From sequence record DRR378314_123: 64,000 nt of DNA; one strand, given 5' to 3'. Shown here piece by piece: positions 55,275-64,000 of the stretch. The number at the start of each line of letters is the position of its first letter. Within the stretch, counting starts at the first letter, position 1. Below the pieces are notes generated by a model. That model was not told the DNA's origin, did not search any database, and saw only the letters and a program-made list of their open reading frames with translations. Made by a program: the position numbers and the translations under genes.

Positions 55275-55493
55275 TCAGAACAAGCCCTTTTCGCCGAAAA
55301 GTTCATCGACCTCTTCATCCACCTTCACGTAGATTTCATGCTGGATCTTGACGTTCAGGTTCACGGTGATGGGCTCCTTGGGTGCTTCCATCCGCACGGT
55401 GGGCGTGCACGCGACCATGCTCAGCACAAGTGCGAGTATCGCCAGCGTGTTACGACACGTCGCGGGCAATATGCCCCGCCTGTATCCGTCCAT
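55275..55493 (-). CDS. ynbE: YnbE-family lipoprotein
   Basis: Lipobox VAC-TPTV and PKEPITVNLNVKIQHEI. Confidence 0.9.
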   Translation of the reverse strand: MDGYRRGILPATCRNTLAILALVLSMVACTPTVRMEAPKEPITVNLNVKIQHEIYVKVDEEVDELFGEKGLF

Positions 55494-55508
55494 AATTATC
55501 ACTCCTGA

Positions 55509-57434
55509 TTAATTCCCCGACTCGGTTGACTGGCGCTCCATATCCCGTTTTTGCATCAGGTTGCGCACTTTCTCCGTCACGGCTTCGTTGACCCGGCCAC
55601 TCAACTGCAGGCTGGTCAGCAACGCCGGAATGTCTTCTTCCAGGTTGATGTTGAGCACGATCGGGTGCCCGTCGCGTACGTCCGGGCTGTTGCCTTCGAG
55701 GCGCAAACCCAGGATCAGCGTACCATCCTGGTGGTAGTCTACAGTGCTGTTTAACACCGAGTAGTTAAAATTTTGCATGGCACGAACCACCAATGCCATC
55801 GCCTCATTATCCCGGGCCAGGCTACTCAGCCTGTCAGCCGGCAGTTTCAACGTTCCGCCGGGGGCAACCGCTTGTATCCGCCCGGATTCGATACTGACTC
55901 CCTGCTCACTTATTCGCAACGGAACCGTTCCCCGGAGAGAGCCGCTGCCAGCCAGACCTTCTGCGGGATACATCTGCATCAGTTCCGACAGTTCAATGCC
56001 ACTGAGATCAAGGGGCACCGTCAAGGGCATCTCCGAGAAGTTCCACTCTCCGGGTTCGACCCTAACGGTGCCGCCGAGAAGCTCTGCAGAGACCGCTTGC
56101 AGTTCAAGGTTGCCAGCGGCGAGCTCAAGTGTGCTCGATCGATAGCGACCGGCCATCCGGATGTTGCCCAGGGCGATGCCCGGATTCACGGTATCGGCTC
56201 CCAGGCTGGATGTGTGGACATCAAGTTGCTCACCCCTGAGCCCAATGGCCATAACGCCCTCGAGACCGGTCCAGGCCGTCCGGGCGAATACCCCACCAAG
56301 TCCATCAAAGGCAATGTTACCCTGCATCTGAAGACCTTCGGATGGAAAACGCAGCGCCAGGGTTGCGTTCACGCTGCCGCCCGCAATGTCGAGTCCTTCC
56401 GGCCAGGCGCTCAACGTATCCGCCAGCGCACGGCCTCCCTTTTCGCCGGCAGCTGTCATGTTGACGTCCAGCTCCGGAGTCCCCTCAAACGGGAAGCGGA
56501 AGGCAATGTCAGCGCCGGTGCCGGCGTCCGGGGAGAGTCTGCCGTCAATCGCAAGACGCTTAAGGCTTGCCTCCAGCTGGCCGTCCAGGCGCCAGGGTTG
56601 CAGGCGCAGTTGCCGGTGGTGGATAGCAGCCACCTTCACCCTGGCGGGGCCCTTGAACATCAGGTCTTCAAGGGCAACTGGCTGAAGGCTATGGCGGGTC
56701 GTGAGTGTTGTGCCCGCCAGATCGATCCGGACTTGGTCCAATGTCGCGGTATTGTCGGGAGCCTCAACCCCTGCGAATTCGAGATCGGTTCCATGCTTGA
56801 AATCCAGCGTGGCGGACTGCCTGTTGGCTTCAGCCGAGAACATCAGGTGTGCCCGTCCTTCGCTGAGCGTCCAGCCTGCCAGGCTCATACCGGCAATCGG
56901 AACGTTCACGTCCATGGCGTTGATGACGACCTCCTGATCATCCGGCGATGACAGCCCCGACACCGTCAGATCCCCAGTGGCGCGAATACCGTCCGGAAGG
57001 GTGAGGACGAGTTGATCAATTTCAAAACCGTCAGGCAGCCAGGCTGGCAATGCGTCAGGAACCGCGGAAGACGCCTCCTCCTGCTCACCGGAGCTTGGCC
57101 AGGCCGGGATATCCACCGCCAATCTCCCCACCTGAACCAGGTCCGGCATCGGGCCATGCCAGTGCCAACTCCAACCCAGCGACAACGCCTCTCCCTCAAC
57201 GACATAAGGCTGGCCGGCCCTGACCTGACTCACGGAGAAACGCTCAACCTGAACCCCGGACAGCGACACAGCAATGCCCTGCCACTGAAGGTTTCGAATA
57301 TTGTTGAACTGGCGCCACTCCTCCCAGGCAACACGTGCGTACCAGGCCCCGGCTAGCGATAACAGGACCAGCAGAGCCAGCAGCAAAAGCAGAAAACGGC
57401 GTCGTGTCATAAAGCGCGTTACCGAACGGGCCAT
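55509..57434 (-). CDS. ydbH: YdbH-family intermembrane bridge protein
   Basis: N-terminal TM, beta-rich body, NFNY..L and LNINLEEDIPALL.SL. Operonic with ynbE-ydbL. Confidence 0.87.
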   Translation of the reverse strand: MARSVTRFMTRRRFLLLLLALLVLLSLAGAWYARVAWEEWRQFNNIRNLQWQGIAVSLSGVQVERFSVSQVRAGQPYVVEGEALSLGWSWHWHGPMPDLVQVGRLAVDIPAWPSSGEQEEASSAVPDALPAWLPDGFEIDQLVLTLPDGIRATGDLTVSGLSSPDDQEVVINAMDVNVPIAGMSLAGWTLSEGRAHLMFSAEANRQSATLDFKHGTDLEFAGVEAPDNTATLDQVRIDLAGTTLTTRHSLQPVALEDLMFKGPARVKVAAIHHRQLRLQPWRLDGQLEASLKRLAIDGRLSPDAGTGADIAFRFPFEGTPELDVNMTAAGEKGGRALADTLSAWPEGLDIAGGSVNATLALRFPSEGLQMQGNIAFDGLGGVFARTAWTGLEGVMAIGLRGEQLDVHTSSLGADTVNPGIALGNIRMAGRYRSSTLELAAGNLELQAVSAELLGGTVRVEPGEWNFSEMPLTVPLDLSGIELSELMQMYPAEGLAGSGSLRGTVPLRISEQGVSIESGRIQAVAPGGTLKLPADRLSSLARDNEAMALVVRAMQNFNYSVLNSTVDYHQDGTLILGLRLEGNSPDVRDGHPIVLNINLEEDIPALLTSLQLSGRVNEAVTEKVRNLMQKRDMERQSTESGN

Positions 57435-57440
57435 TTTGGT

Positions 57441-59009
57441 TTAGTGTCCGCGCCAGTTCACCGTGTAGAGGTCATGCCGGCGATCCTTCAGATTCTTGAC
57501 CGTGCCACTGTTGCGGGCGGTGAGCAGCGTTTCAGGGCGCAGGTCGGCGAAGGCGACCGTCTCCACGTTGGGCGTGGTATCCGCGGCGATGCCGTCACGG
57601 GCAAACGGAAAATCACAGGGGGTCAGAATGCAACTCTGACCATACTGCAGTTCCATATTGGGAACGTTGGGCAGGTTGCCCACATTACCGGACATGATCA
57701 CGAACAGCTGGTTCTCCACCGCACGGGCCTGGCAGCAATAACGCACTCTCAGGTAGCTCTGGCGTTCATCGGTGCAGAAAGGCACGAACAGGATCTGGAT
57801 GCCCTGATCCACCAGGTGCCGGGTGAGCTCGGGAAACTCTGCGTCGTAGCAGACCAACACACCAATGGGCCCGCAGTCGGTTTCAATGGCGGTGACTCGG
57901 CTACCACCGGTGATATTCCACCAATAGGCTTCGTTCGGTGTGGGATGGATCTTGGGTTGTGAAAACACTTGCCCGTCCCGCAGGAACACATAGGCGACAT
58001 TGCGAACCCGGCCGTCCTCTTCCTTCACGGGCGTGGAACCGCCGATAATGTTGATATTATGCCGCAGGGCCAGGTCGCGCATCAGGTTGCGGAAGGGTTC
58101 AGCGTATTCCGTCACTGCTTCTATGGCTTCCGCAGGCGTGCCCTCGCGGCTCTCAATGGACAGCAACTGCAGGGTAAACAACTCCGGGAACACCACGAAA
58201 TCCCCCTTGTAGGTGGACACCACGTCCACGAAGTACCGTACGATATCGCTGAACTCTTCAAACGAGGCCACCCGGCGCTGCTGGTACTGAACGGTTCCGA
58301 CCCGGACGGTGTCCGGCACTCGCCGCCCATATCGCTTGCGTTTGCCGTTGTCGCCGTTGCGGGCCACTTTCGGGTTGTGCCAGACCAGGTGAATGCCATA
58401 ACCCAGGGAGGCATGATCTGCATCGAGGTAATGCGGGATGATGCCGTGGATTTCAAAGCCGTTGTGCAACTGGAAAGACAACACGGGATCGCGCTGTTTT
58501 TTTGACTTCACGGCTTCCACGTATGCCTCAACGGACTCAAATTTCTTCAAGCGTTTGGCCAGGGTCGGCAACCGGCCGGCAAACACCACACCCTGCAGTG
58601 CTTGCGTCTGGCAAAGGGTCTTGCGTTCATTGTAAAGACGCTCGCCAATCCGGTAGCCACGACAGTCCGGGTCGACGCAGACCTCCATCCCGTAGAGCCA
58701 CTCACCTTCCGGGTCGTGGCGTGAGGCATAGCCGTTGCCGGTGATTTCCGTCCAGTCGTGAGGCACCAGTGCAACGTCTTCACCAATACGGAAGGTGGCG
58801 CAGTAGCCCACCACCCTGTCACCGAGCATGGCAACGAACTGACCTTCCGGAAACGTATTGATCTGCCCCGTGAGCGGCCCCGCACTGTAACCGTACATCC
58901 CCGTCCCCTCATACACCCTGCGGCTCAAGGCAATGATTCCCGGTATATCGCCAAGGGTGGCGTTTCTTACGTACAGGCGCTGTGTCTTGTCAGAGAAGGG
59001 AGGACTCAT
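57441..59009 (-). CDS. Bifunctional GNAT acetyltransferase / carbon-nitrogen hydrolase
   Basis: N-terminal GNAT (VCVDP..RGYRIG) and nitrilase triad FPE / PKIH / VCYD. Confidence 0.9.
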   Translation of the reverse strand: MSPPFSDKTQRLYVRNATLGDIPGIIALSRRVYEGTGMYGYSAGPLTGQINTFPEGQFVAMLGDRVVGYCATFRIGEDVALVPHDWTEITGNGYASRHDPEGEWLYGMEVCVDPDCRGYRIGERLYNERKTLCQTQALQGVVFAGRLPTLAKRLKKFESVEAYVEAVKSKKQRDPVLSFQLHNGFEIHGIIPHYLDADHASLGYGIHLVWHNPKVARNGDNGKRKRYGRRVPDTVRVGTVQYQQRRVASFEEFSDIVRYFVDVVSTYKGDFVVFPELFTLQLLSIESREGTPAEAIEAVTEYAEPFRNLMRDLALRHNINIIGGSTPVKEEDGRVRNVAYVFLRDGQVFSQPKIHPTPNEAYWWNITGGSRVTAIETDCGPIGVLVCYDAEFPELTRHLVDQGIQILFVPFCTDERQSYLRVRYCCQARAVENQLFVIMSGNVGNLPNVPNMELQYGQSCILTPCDFPFARDGIAADTTPNVETVAFADLRPETLLTARNSGTVKNLKDRRHDLYTVNWRGH

Positions 59010-59169
59010 TGAAACCTCGGTATCGGGAAGCGTACAGGCATAGTTCGCGAAATCACCTCAGGCCGTCAAGTGAACGCTGAACGAACACAAATCAAAGCAA
59101 ACTTTAACCTGACAAACCGACGCCGGGCCTTTTAGAGTAGGCCGACGTAGACTGAATTGAGGTTTTCCC

Positions 59170-59673
59170 ATGAATCGGCGCCTAATGCTTCCGTTGCTCG
59201 CGATCCTGATAGCCCTGGGCTTGGCAGGCTGTGCCAGCAATCAGCACCTGCCTTCTGCGAACGACACTACCTGGCGACCCTCTCACAGCGCCACTCCCGA
59301 GGATTCGGCGACGGCAGATCGGTTATGGCAGGTATTCGAGCGTTACGAAGGCGCGCCCTATCGCTACGGCGGCACGTCTGCCAACGGCTTCGACTGTTCC
59401 GGCTTCATCGCGACCGCGTTCGACGAAGCGCTGGGGCGCCAGTTGCCCCGCACCACCTCGCAAATGCTTGCCCACGGTGACGTGGTGGGCCGTGACCAAC
59501 TGCGGGCGGGCGACCTGGTATTTTTCCGCATCAAGGGCAAGGACCAACATGCCGGTATCTACATGGGAGGAGACAGCTTCATTCATTCTTCGACCTCCAT
59601 TGGCGTTACCCGCTCCTCCCTGAACGGATACTACTGGCGGGACCGTTTCAGCCAGGCACGACGATTCGACTAG
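59170..59673 (+). CDS. NlpC/P60 (C40) peptidoglycan endopeptidase lipoprotein
   Basis: Lipobox LAGC, PYRYGG, DCSGF and HAGIY..FIHSS. Confidence 0.94.
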   Translation: MNRRLMLPLLAILIALGLAGCASNQHLPSANDTTWRPSHSATPEDSATADRLWQVFERYEGAPYRYGGTSANGFDCSGFIATAFDEALGRQLPRTTSQMLAHGDVVGRDQLRAGDLVFFRIKGKDQHAGIYMGGDSFIHSSTSIGVTRSSLNGYYWRDRFSQARRFD

Positions 59674-60710
59674 TGCCCCGCCAACAGCAAAACCACGCCC
59701 AGAATATAGAGCACCATAATGGTCAGGCTCTCCATTCCGATCTGGCCGATTCCGTGGCGCTCGCGGCGAATCAATCCCATCATCAGCACACCTGACATCA
59801 GCAAGGTGAGCACGGCCCAGAACTTCGAGTCCTCAGGCATGACGTGGTAGATCGACCCCTCCTGATAGGCGATATCCGATGCCGCGGTAAACAGCGTATC
59901 GAAGGCATTCCCGCCAATAATACCGCTCACTGCCAGAGTCAGTGCCCCCCTGCGGACAGCCGCTATGGACGTCACCAGTTCAGGGATCGAGGTACTGACA
60001 GCCGTCAACATTACACCAACAAACGTCTGCCCCAGGCTGGTTCTTTCTGCGATCACGGTCGCCGCCGGTTCCAGCATCCAGCCCGCCATGCCCAGTATCA
60101 GCATCAACACCACGAACTCCGTCCATAGTCGGAGCAGCGGCGGCATGGTCGTCACGTCGTCCGGTTCGTCTTGCCGGGTGTCCCTGGTTATTGACGGCCG
60201 CCACATGGGGGATTCCGACGCGTCACGCACCAGGTAGATACCATAGATATAGGCACCCAGCAGAACCGGGGTGACCGGGTGAATGCCAAAGAGTGTGATG
60301 TCAGGCAGATAGGGAGCAAACACGATCAGCGCCAACAGACAGATCAGCAAACCGTTCTGCATCATGTTGGGTACCGAAGCAGCGGCATGCTCAAGATTGG
60401 CGCGGCGATAGACCATGTCGGCCACTGCCAGGAAAAACGTCTGTACAGCAATGCCACCCAGCGCGTTACTGACCGCCAGCTCTGCGTGGCCATGCCACGC
60501 CGCCGTAACCGACAGCACGGATCCCCCTAGGGACGTGGACGCTCCCAACAGGACCGCCCCCGCAGCCGCTTCTCCGATGCCGGTGCGATCCGCCAGTTGA
60601 TCCACGACGCGGGTAATTCTCGTGCCCGCCAACGCGATAACCACAGCGCACGCGCAGAATACGAGGCCGCCCTGCAGTAAACTCCAGTTTTCGGGAGAGG
60701 GTAACTCCAC
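59670..60710 (-). CDS. Sodium:calcium antiporter (CaCA family)
   Basis: Alpha-repeats GASTSL and AVSTSIPEL..GGN.FD. Confidence 0.88.
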   Translation of the reverse strand: MELPSPENWSLLQGGLVFCACAVVIALAGTRITRVVDQLADRTGIGEAAAGAVLLGASTSLGGSVLSVTAAWHGHAELAVSNALGGIAVQTFFLAVADMVYRRANLEHAAASVPNMMQNGLLICLLALIVFAPYLPDITLFGIHPVTPVLLGAYIYGIYLVRDASESPMWRPSITRDTRQDEPDDVTTMPPLLRLWTEFVVLMLILGMAGWMLEPAATVIAERTSLGQTFVGVMLTAVSTSIPELVTSIAAVRRGALTLAVSGIIGGNAFDTLFTAASDIAYQEGSIYHVMPEDSKFWAVLTLLMSGVLMMGLIRRERHGIGQIGMESLTIMVLYILGVVLLLAGH

Positions 60711-60737
60711 GCTAAAACAACTCCGTCAGTTCAGGAT

Positions 60738-61139
60738 TTACTTCCGTTTTCGCCAGCGGGGTGGACACTTCCACCAAGTGACCATCACCAGCAGACCAAA
60801 CAGCGTGTAAGCCGTTATGAAGACCCACGCCGGCGCATCGTAGTAGAGAACCCGTTGCAGCCAGTGCTCGATAAAGCTGCCAGCGTATCCTTCCAGGCCG
60901 GCTTTTGAGCGCAGCCACATTTCCAGGGTCGTCAGCGGGCAGACGAAGCCTAGCCAGGCTTCTGCAACCACGATTCCGATAGCGGCAAGGTGAGCCAGCC
61001 GGAACCAGCCATTGTTGACCCATTGCCAACCGGCTTGATGCCCAGCCAGGACCATCACCAGCCCAAGAACGACAAACGCCACCACCGACACATGAATCAC
61101 CAGGACCGTGTCTGCGAGTATCTGGTACAGATCAGCCAT
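60738..61139 (-). CDS. DUF2784-family membrane protein
   Basis: LADTVLVIH, FRLAHL and CPLTTLE.WLR. Confidence 0.85.
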   Translation of the reverse strand: MADLYQILADTVLVIHVSVVAFVVLGLVMVLAGHQAGWQWVNNGWFRLAHLAAIGIVVAEAWLGFVCPLTTLEMWLRSKAGLEGYAGSFIEHWLQRVLYYDAPAWVFITAYTLFGLLVMVTWWKCPPRWRKRK

Positions 61140-61311
61140 GGCCGCCCTCTACCCTGCCAAATGACAACCCCATCATCCCGCTTAAAGACATCGATTGGCA
61201 ATCGTGGACTCGGGGAGGGATTGCGCGATAATATCTGTAGCCCCTATGTACTAATATTCTGTTGCCTCGCGAGTGACGCACAGGCCCCGCTCAAATGGAT
61301 TTACACAGGCT

Positions 61312-62430
61312 ATGGACCCAGCATCAGAAAATCATCTTCACGCCGTCCGAACGGAATTGGCACGCCTTGAGAGCTATCGTCGGCGCACTTATTTCGGTGT
61401 GCTGATTCTGACTGTCGCCATCATGATGCTCAGTTGGGCGTTTCGGGACGCTGGCGATCCATTCATTACGGTCGCCTACCCCGCTTTCTCAGTCATTCTG
61501 GCCATCCTCGGATTCGCGTTCTGGCGCAGATCGTTCCAACTGAGAACCATGGAAATCACCCTCGTTGCTGTTGTTGGCAGCATGATTCTCAGCCGACTCA
61601 CCTGGCATTTCACCGCTGGCGACCCGCTGGGCGAAGACCTTCTGGTACTCGTGGGCGGACATTACTGGGCCGTAGGCATATTGATTGTTGGCGCTTTCAT
61701 CACCCTAGGATTCCGCGGAGGGATGGTGACAGGAGTAGCAACCTTCCTGTTTTCTGGCGCACTGGCAACCCAGGAAGTCTCCCGCTGTTTTCTGGCATCG
61801 GGCGACGGCTGCCAGACTTGGCTATATCTGCTGCGCATTCACCTGTTTCTTGCCGTGCTGTTGGTCCTTACCAGCGCCGGAACCCTGCTGCGTGAACGAA
61901 CCTGGAACGCCTTCGCCCGGGCCGAAACCCTGCACCATTGGGCAAACACCGATCCGCTCAGCGGCCTGGCCAACCGCCGCGGCGCTGACCGCTTCCTCGC
62001 CGCCGAAGCAGCGCTGGCGGACCGCTACCAGCGCCCGTTGACCATCATTCTTATCGACATAGACCAGTTCAAGAGCATCAACGACGACTACGGGCACGAA
62101 GCCGGTGATGCGGTCATTCGTGGATTTGCCGACATCCTTTCCGATACGGTTCGGGAAGTGGATCTCGCCGCGCGCTGGGGCGGAGACGAATTCCTTGTCG
62201 CCACGCCGGGCGTGGAGCTTCGCAGCGCGCGCCATGCCGCACAGCGCTGCCGGCGCGCCATCGAGAGAGCACCCATCGCGGGCGTCGCCATCACCGCAAC
62301 GGTGGGCATTGCCGAGTATATCCCCGGTCAGGGAATCGACGACGCCATCAGCAGGGCCGACGCCATGCTCTATCGAGCCAAGGCGGCAGGTCGGAACCGA
62401 GTCATCACAGAAGCCTGCGAACCGGTCTGA
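61312..62430 (+). CDS. Membrane-bound diguanylate cyclase
   Basis: About 6 TM segments, TDPLSGLANRR, REVD I-site and GGDEF. Confidence 0.92.
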   Translation: MDPASENHLHAVRTELARLESYRRRTYFGVLILTVAIMMLSWAFRDAGDPFITVAYPAFSVILAILGFAFWRRSFQLRTMEITLVAVVGSMILSRLTWHFTAGDPLGEDLLVLVGGHYWAVGILIVGAFITLGFRGGMVTGVATFLFSGALATQEVSRCFLASGDGCQTWLYLLRIHLFLAVLLVLTSAGTLLRERTWNAFARAETLHHWANTDPLSGLANRRGADRFLAAEAALADRYQRPLTIILIDIDQFKSINDDYGHEAGDAVIRGFADILSDTVREVDLAARWGGDEFLVATPGVELRSARHAAQRCRRAIERAPIAGVAITATVGIAEYIPGQGIDDAISRADAMLYRAKAAGRNRVITEACEPV

Positions 62431-62435
62431 TAAGG

Positions 62436-63557
62436 CTATTGGCGCCCCAGCCACTCCTGAAACCATTGTTCTCGCAACTGAACCGTCTGCGAATACCAAC
62501 GGTGATCGCGTACCACCGCTGTATCCAGGTGGGAGGGCGCTGTTGGCATGTAGGGGCGCATGGGCACGCCAACATCGGAATGCAGCCCTACCCGACTCTG
62601 GGCAGACTTACGCGCGGGGCCGTAACTGATGAGGTTGGCCTGGGCAGCCATATTTTCAGCGCGGGTGGCAAAACCGATAAATGTCTCGGCCAGGTCGGCC
62701 TGTTCGGTATCGCGGAGAATAGCCCAGCTGTTGAAGCCGATCAGTTGGCCGTCCCATATCACCGAGATCGGCGCACCTTCCATGGCTCTGGCGTGAAAGA
62801 ATCGGCCATTGTAGCCCGTCGCCATGGCGGCCTGGCCGCTGGTAAGCAGCTCCACCGGTTCATCACCCCGGGTCCACCATACAATTGAGTCGCGAATACC
62901 ATCCAGTTGCCGGGAAGCCAGTTCCAGTCCACGGCGGGTGCTGAGCAAATCGTAAAGCTGCTCCCTGGGCACAGAAAGGGATAGCAACGCCCACTCGAAC
63001 AGACCCACAGGGGATTGACGCAGCGCCCGTTTACCAGGAAACGAGGTGAGATCGAAGAAGTCCTCCACACTGTCGGGCTTGACGCCGGGAAACGCCCGGT
63101 CATCGAAGGCGATCACCGTTGAAAACACAATCTGGGTGATGAAGCATCGGTGAATAGCGTCTTCCATGAAGTCCTCCTGCGGCGGCGTACCGTCCGGCGC
63201 AGGTGCCAATATGGCTGGATCAATGTTTTCCAACAGGCCTTCCTCGCAGGCGGCGCTGGCATCGGACTGAATCATGTCAATCACATCCCACTCGGAATCG
63301 CCGCTGGCCAGTTGCTCCCGCAGGACCTTCACGCCGCCGTCGTAATGGACGGTTTCAATCGTTACACCGGTCGCATCCGTGAAGGGCTTAAAGTAGGCGC
63401 GTCTCTGACTGTCCTCGTAGGACCCACCCCAGGTCGCCACCGTCAGCACGTTCCGGGCCTCACCCCCCTCATCACCCGCTGCAGCCGCCAGGAAGCCCGG
63501 AACAGCCAGTAGGCCAAGCATCCACAGTGGCAATATCCTCGCACTAGGCCGCTTCAT
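62436..63557 (-). CDS. Extracellular solute-binding protein (PotD/polyamine-like)
   Basis: Signal peptide, TVATWGGSY, WDVID, FPGKRAL and YNGR. Confidence 0.88.
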   Translation of the reverse strand: MKRPSARILPLWMLGLLAVPGFLAAAAGDEGGEARNVLTVATWGGSYEDSQRRAYFKPFTDATGVTIETVHYDGGVKVLREQLASGDSEWDVIDMIQSDASAACEEGLLENIDPAILAPAPDGTPPQEDFMEDAIHRCFITQIVFSTVIAFDDRAFPGVKPDSVEDFFDLTSFPGKRALRQSPVGLFEWALLSLSVPREQLYDLLSTRRGLELASRQLDGIRDSIVWWTRGDEPVELLTSGQAAMATGYNGRFFHARAMEGAPISVIWDGQLIGFNSWAILRDTEQADLAETFIGFATRAENMAAQANLISYGPARKSAQSRVGLHSDVGVPMRPYMPTAPSHLDTAVVRDHRWYSQTVQLREQWFQEWLGRQ

Positions 63558-64000
63558 TTTCTTCCTCACGCAAGTCGTGCACGATTTCCAGGTAAGCCCG
63601 TATCACCGCCTCTTCCGGCACCACACCAAGCAGCCGCCCCTGCCTCGATACCAACGGAACGGCTTCGCCAAGAAAGCCCCGCAGCAACTCCATCGACTGC
63701 CACACAGAGGTCTCCTCATCAAAGGTGGTGAATGAGCGGATGGCCGCCTCCATCACCGGTGTTTCCGCGCTGCCGTTTACGATGCCCTGCAGCCGAATCA
63801 CGCCGAGCAAGTCGCCCTCTTGGTTCAGGACCATGGCTTCGGCACGGTGGTCGTCCACCAGACGCTGGCGTACGTCTCCCAGGGTGTCCCGGTCACTCGC
63901 CGTGGTGAAGTCACTGGATAGGTAATCCCGGATGTGGTGAGTCTCCAGGATGGCTTTATCCCGCCCCAGGGACAGGTCGAATCCCCGGGCCCGCAATTGC
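63544..64000 (-). CDS. C-terminal CBS pair of a gene truncated by the window edge (probably ClC chloride-channel family)
   Basis: QLRARGFDLSLGR followed by two CBS-like repeats. The ClC assignment is inference. Confidence 0.65.
   Translation of the reverse strand, partial: QLRARGFDLSLGRDKAILETHHIRDYLSSDFTTASDRDTLGDVRQRLVDDHRAEAMVLNQEGDLLGVIRLQGIVNGSAETPVMEAAIRSFTTFDEETSVWQSMELLRGFLGEAVPLVSRQGRLLGVVPEEAVIRAYLEIVHDLREEENEAA

Noticed and set aside
55773..56951. 392-aa plus-strand ORF
   Set aside because: Antisense shadow of ydbH.
1..64000. Prophage, IS, integron, tRNA or rRNA
   Set aside because: No integrase, transposase or phage motifs, and no recognisable structural RNA genes, were found by eye.

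Overview
This is a 64-kb, GC-rich, gene-dense chromosomal window. Gene content suggests a marine gammaproteobacterium, probably Marinobacter-like (inference). It holds about 65 CDS: housekeeping and stress genes (HI0933 flavoprotein, SulP-USP, argO/argP, alkB, djlA, an RND pair, ilvGM with a leader-peptide attenuator, yebC, arfB, soxR, an ECF42-YciI locus, ArsR-permease, ydbH-ynbE-ydbL) and four c-di-GMP enzymes. No rRNA, tRNA, CRISPR array, integrase or transposase was recognised. The most notable observations are: (i) an AraC - secreted Ig-repeat protein - DUF6160/FilA-like module about 4 kb from a PA2779/PA2778 C39-peptidase pair, where both small secreted proteins carry double-glycine-leader-like segments; (ii) a three-gene operon with a proline-racemase-family enzyme having a non-canonical Ser/Thr active site, a Zn-free MDR reductase and an NSS transporter; (iii) an unannotated deletion scar fusing the 3' ends of cyanase (cynS) and a divergent sigma-54 activator; (iv) a stand-alone CsoSCA-like carbonic anhydrase with no carboxysome genes in view; (v) hidden cis-elements: a TPP-stop leader peptide upstream of sulP, a SoxR promoter with no target gene, and a Zur box ahead of cobW-arfB. 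Family names come from motif recognition, not database searches.
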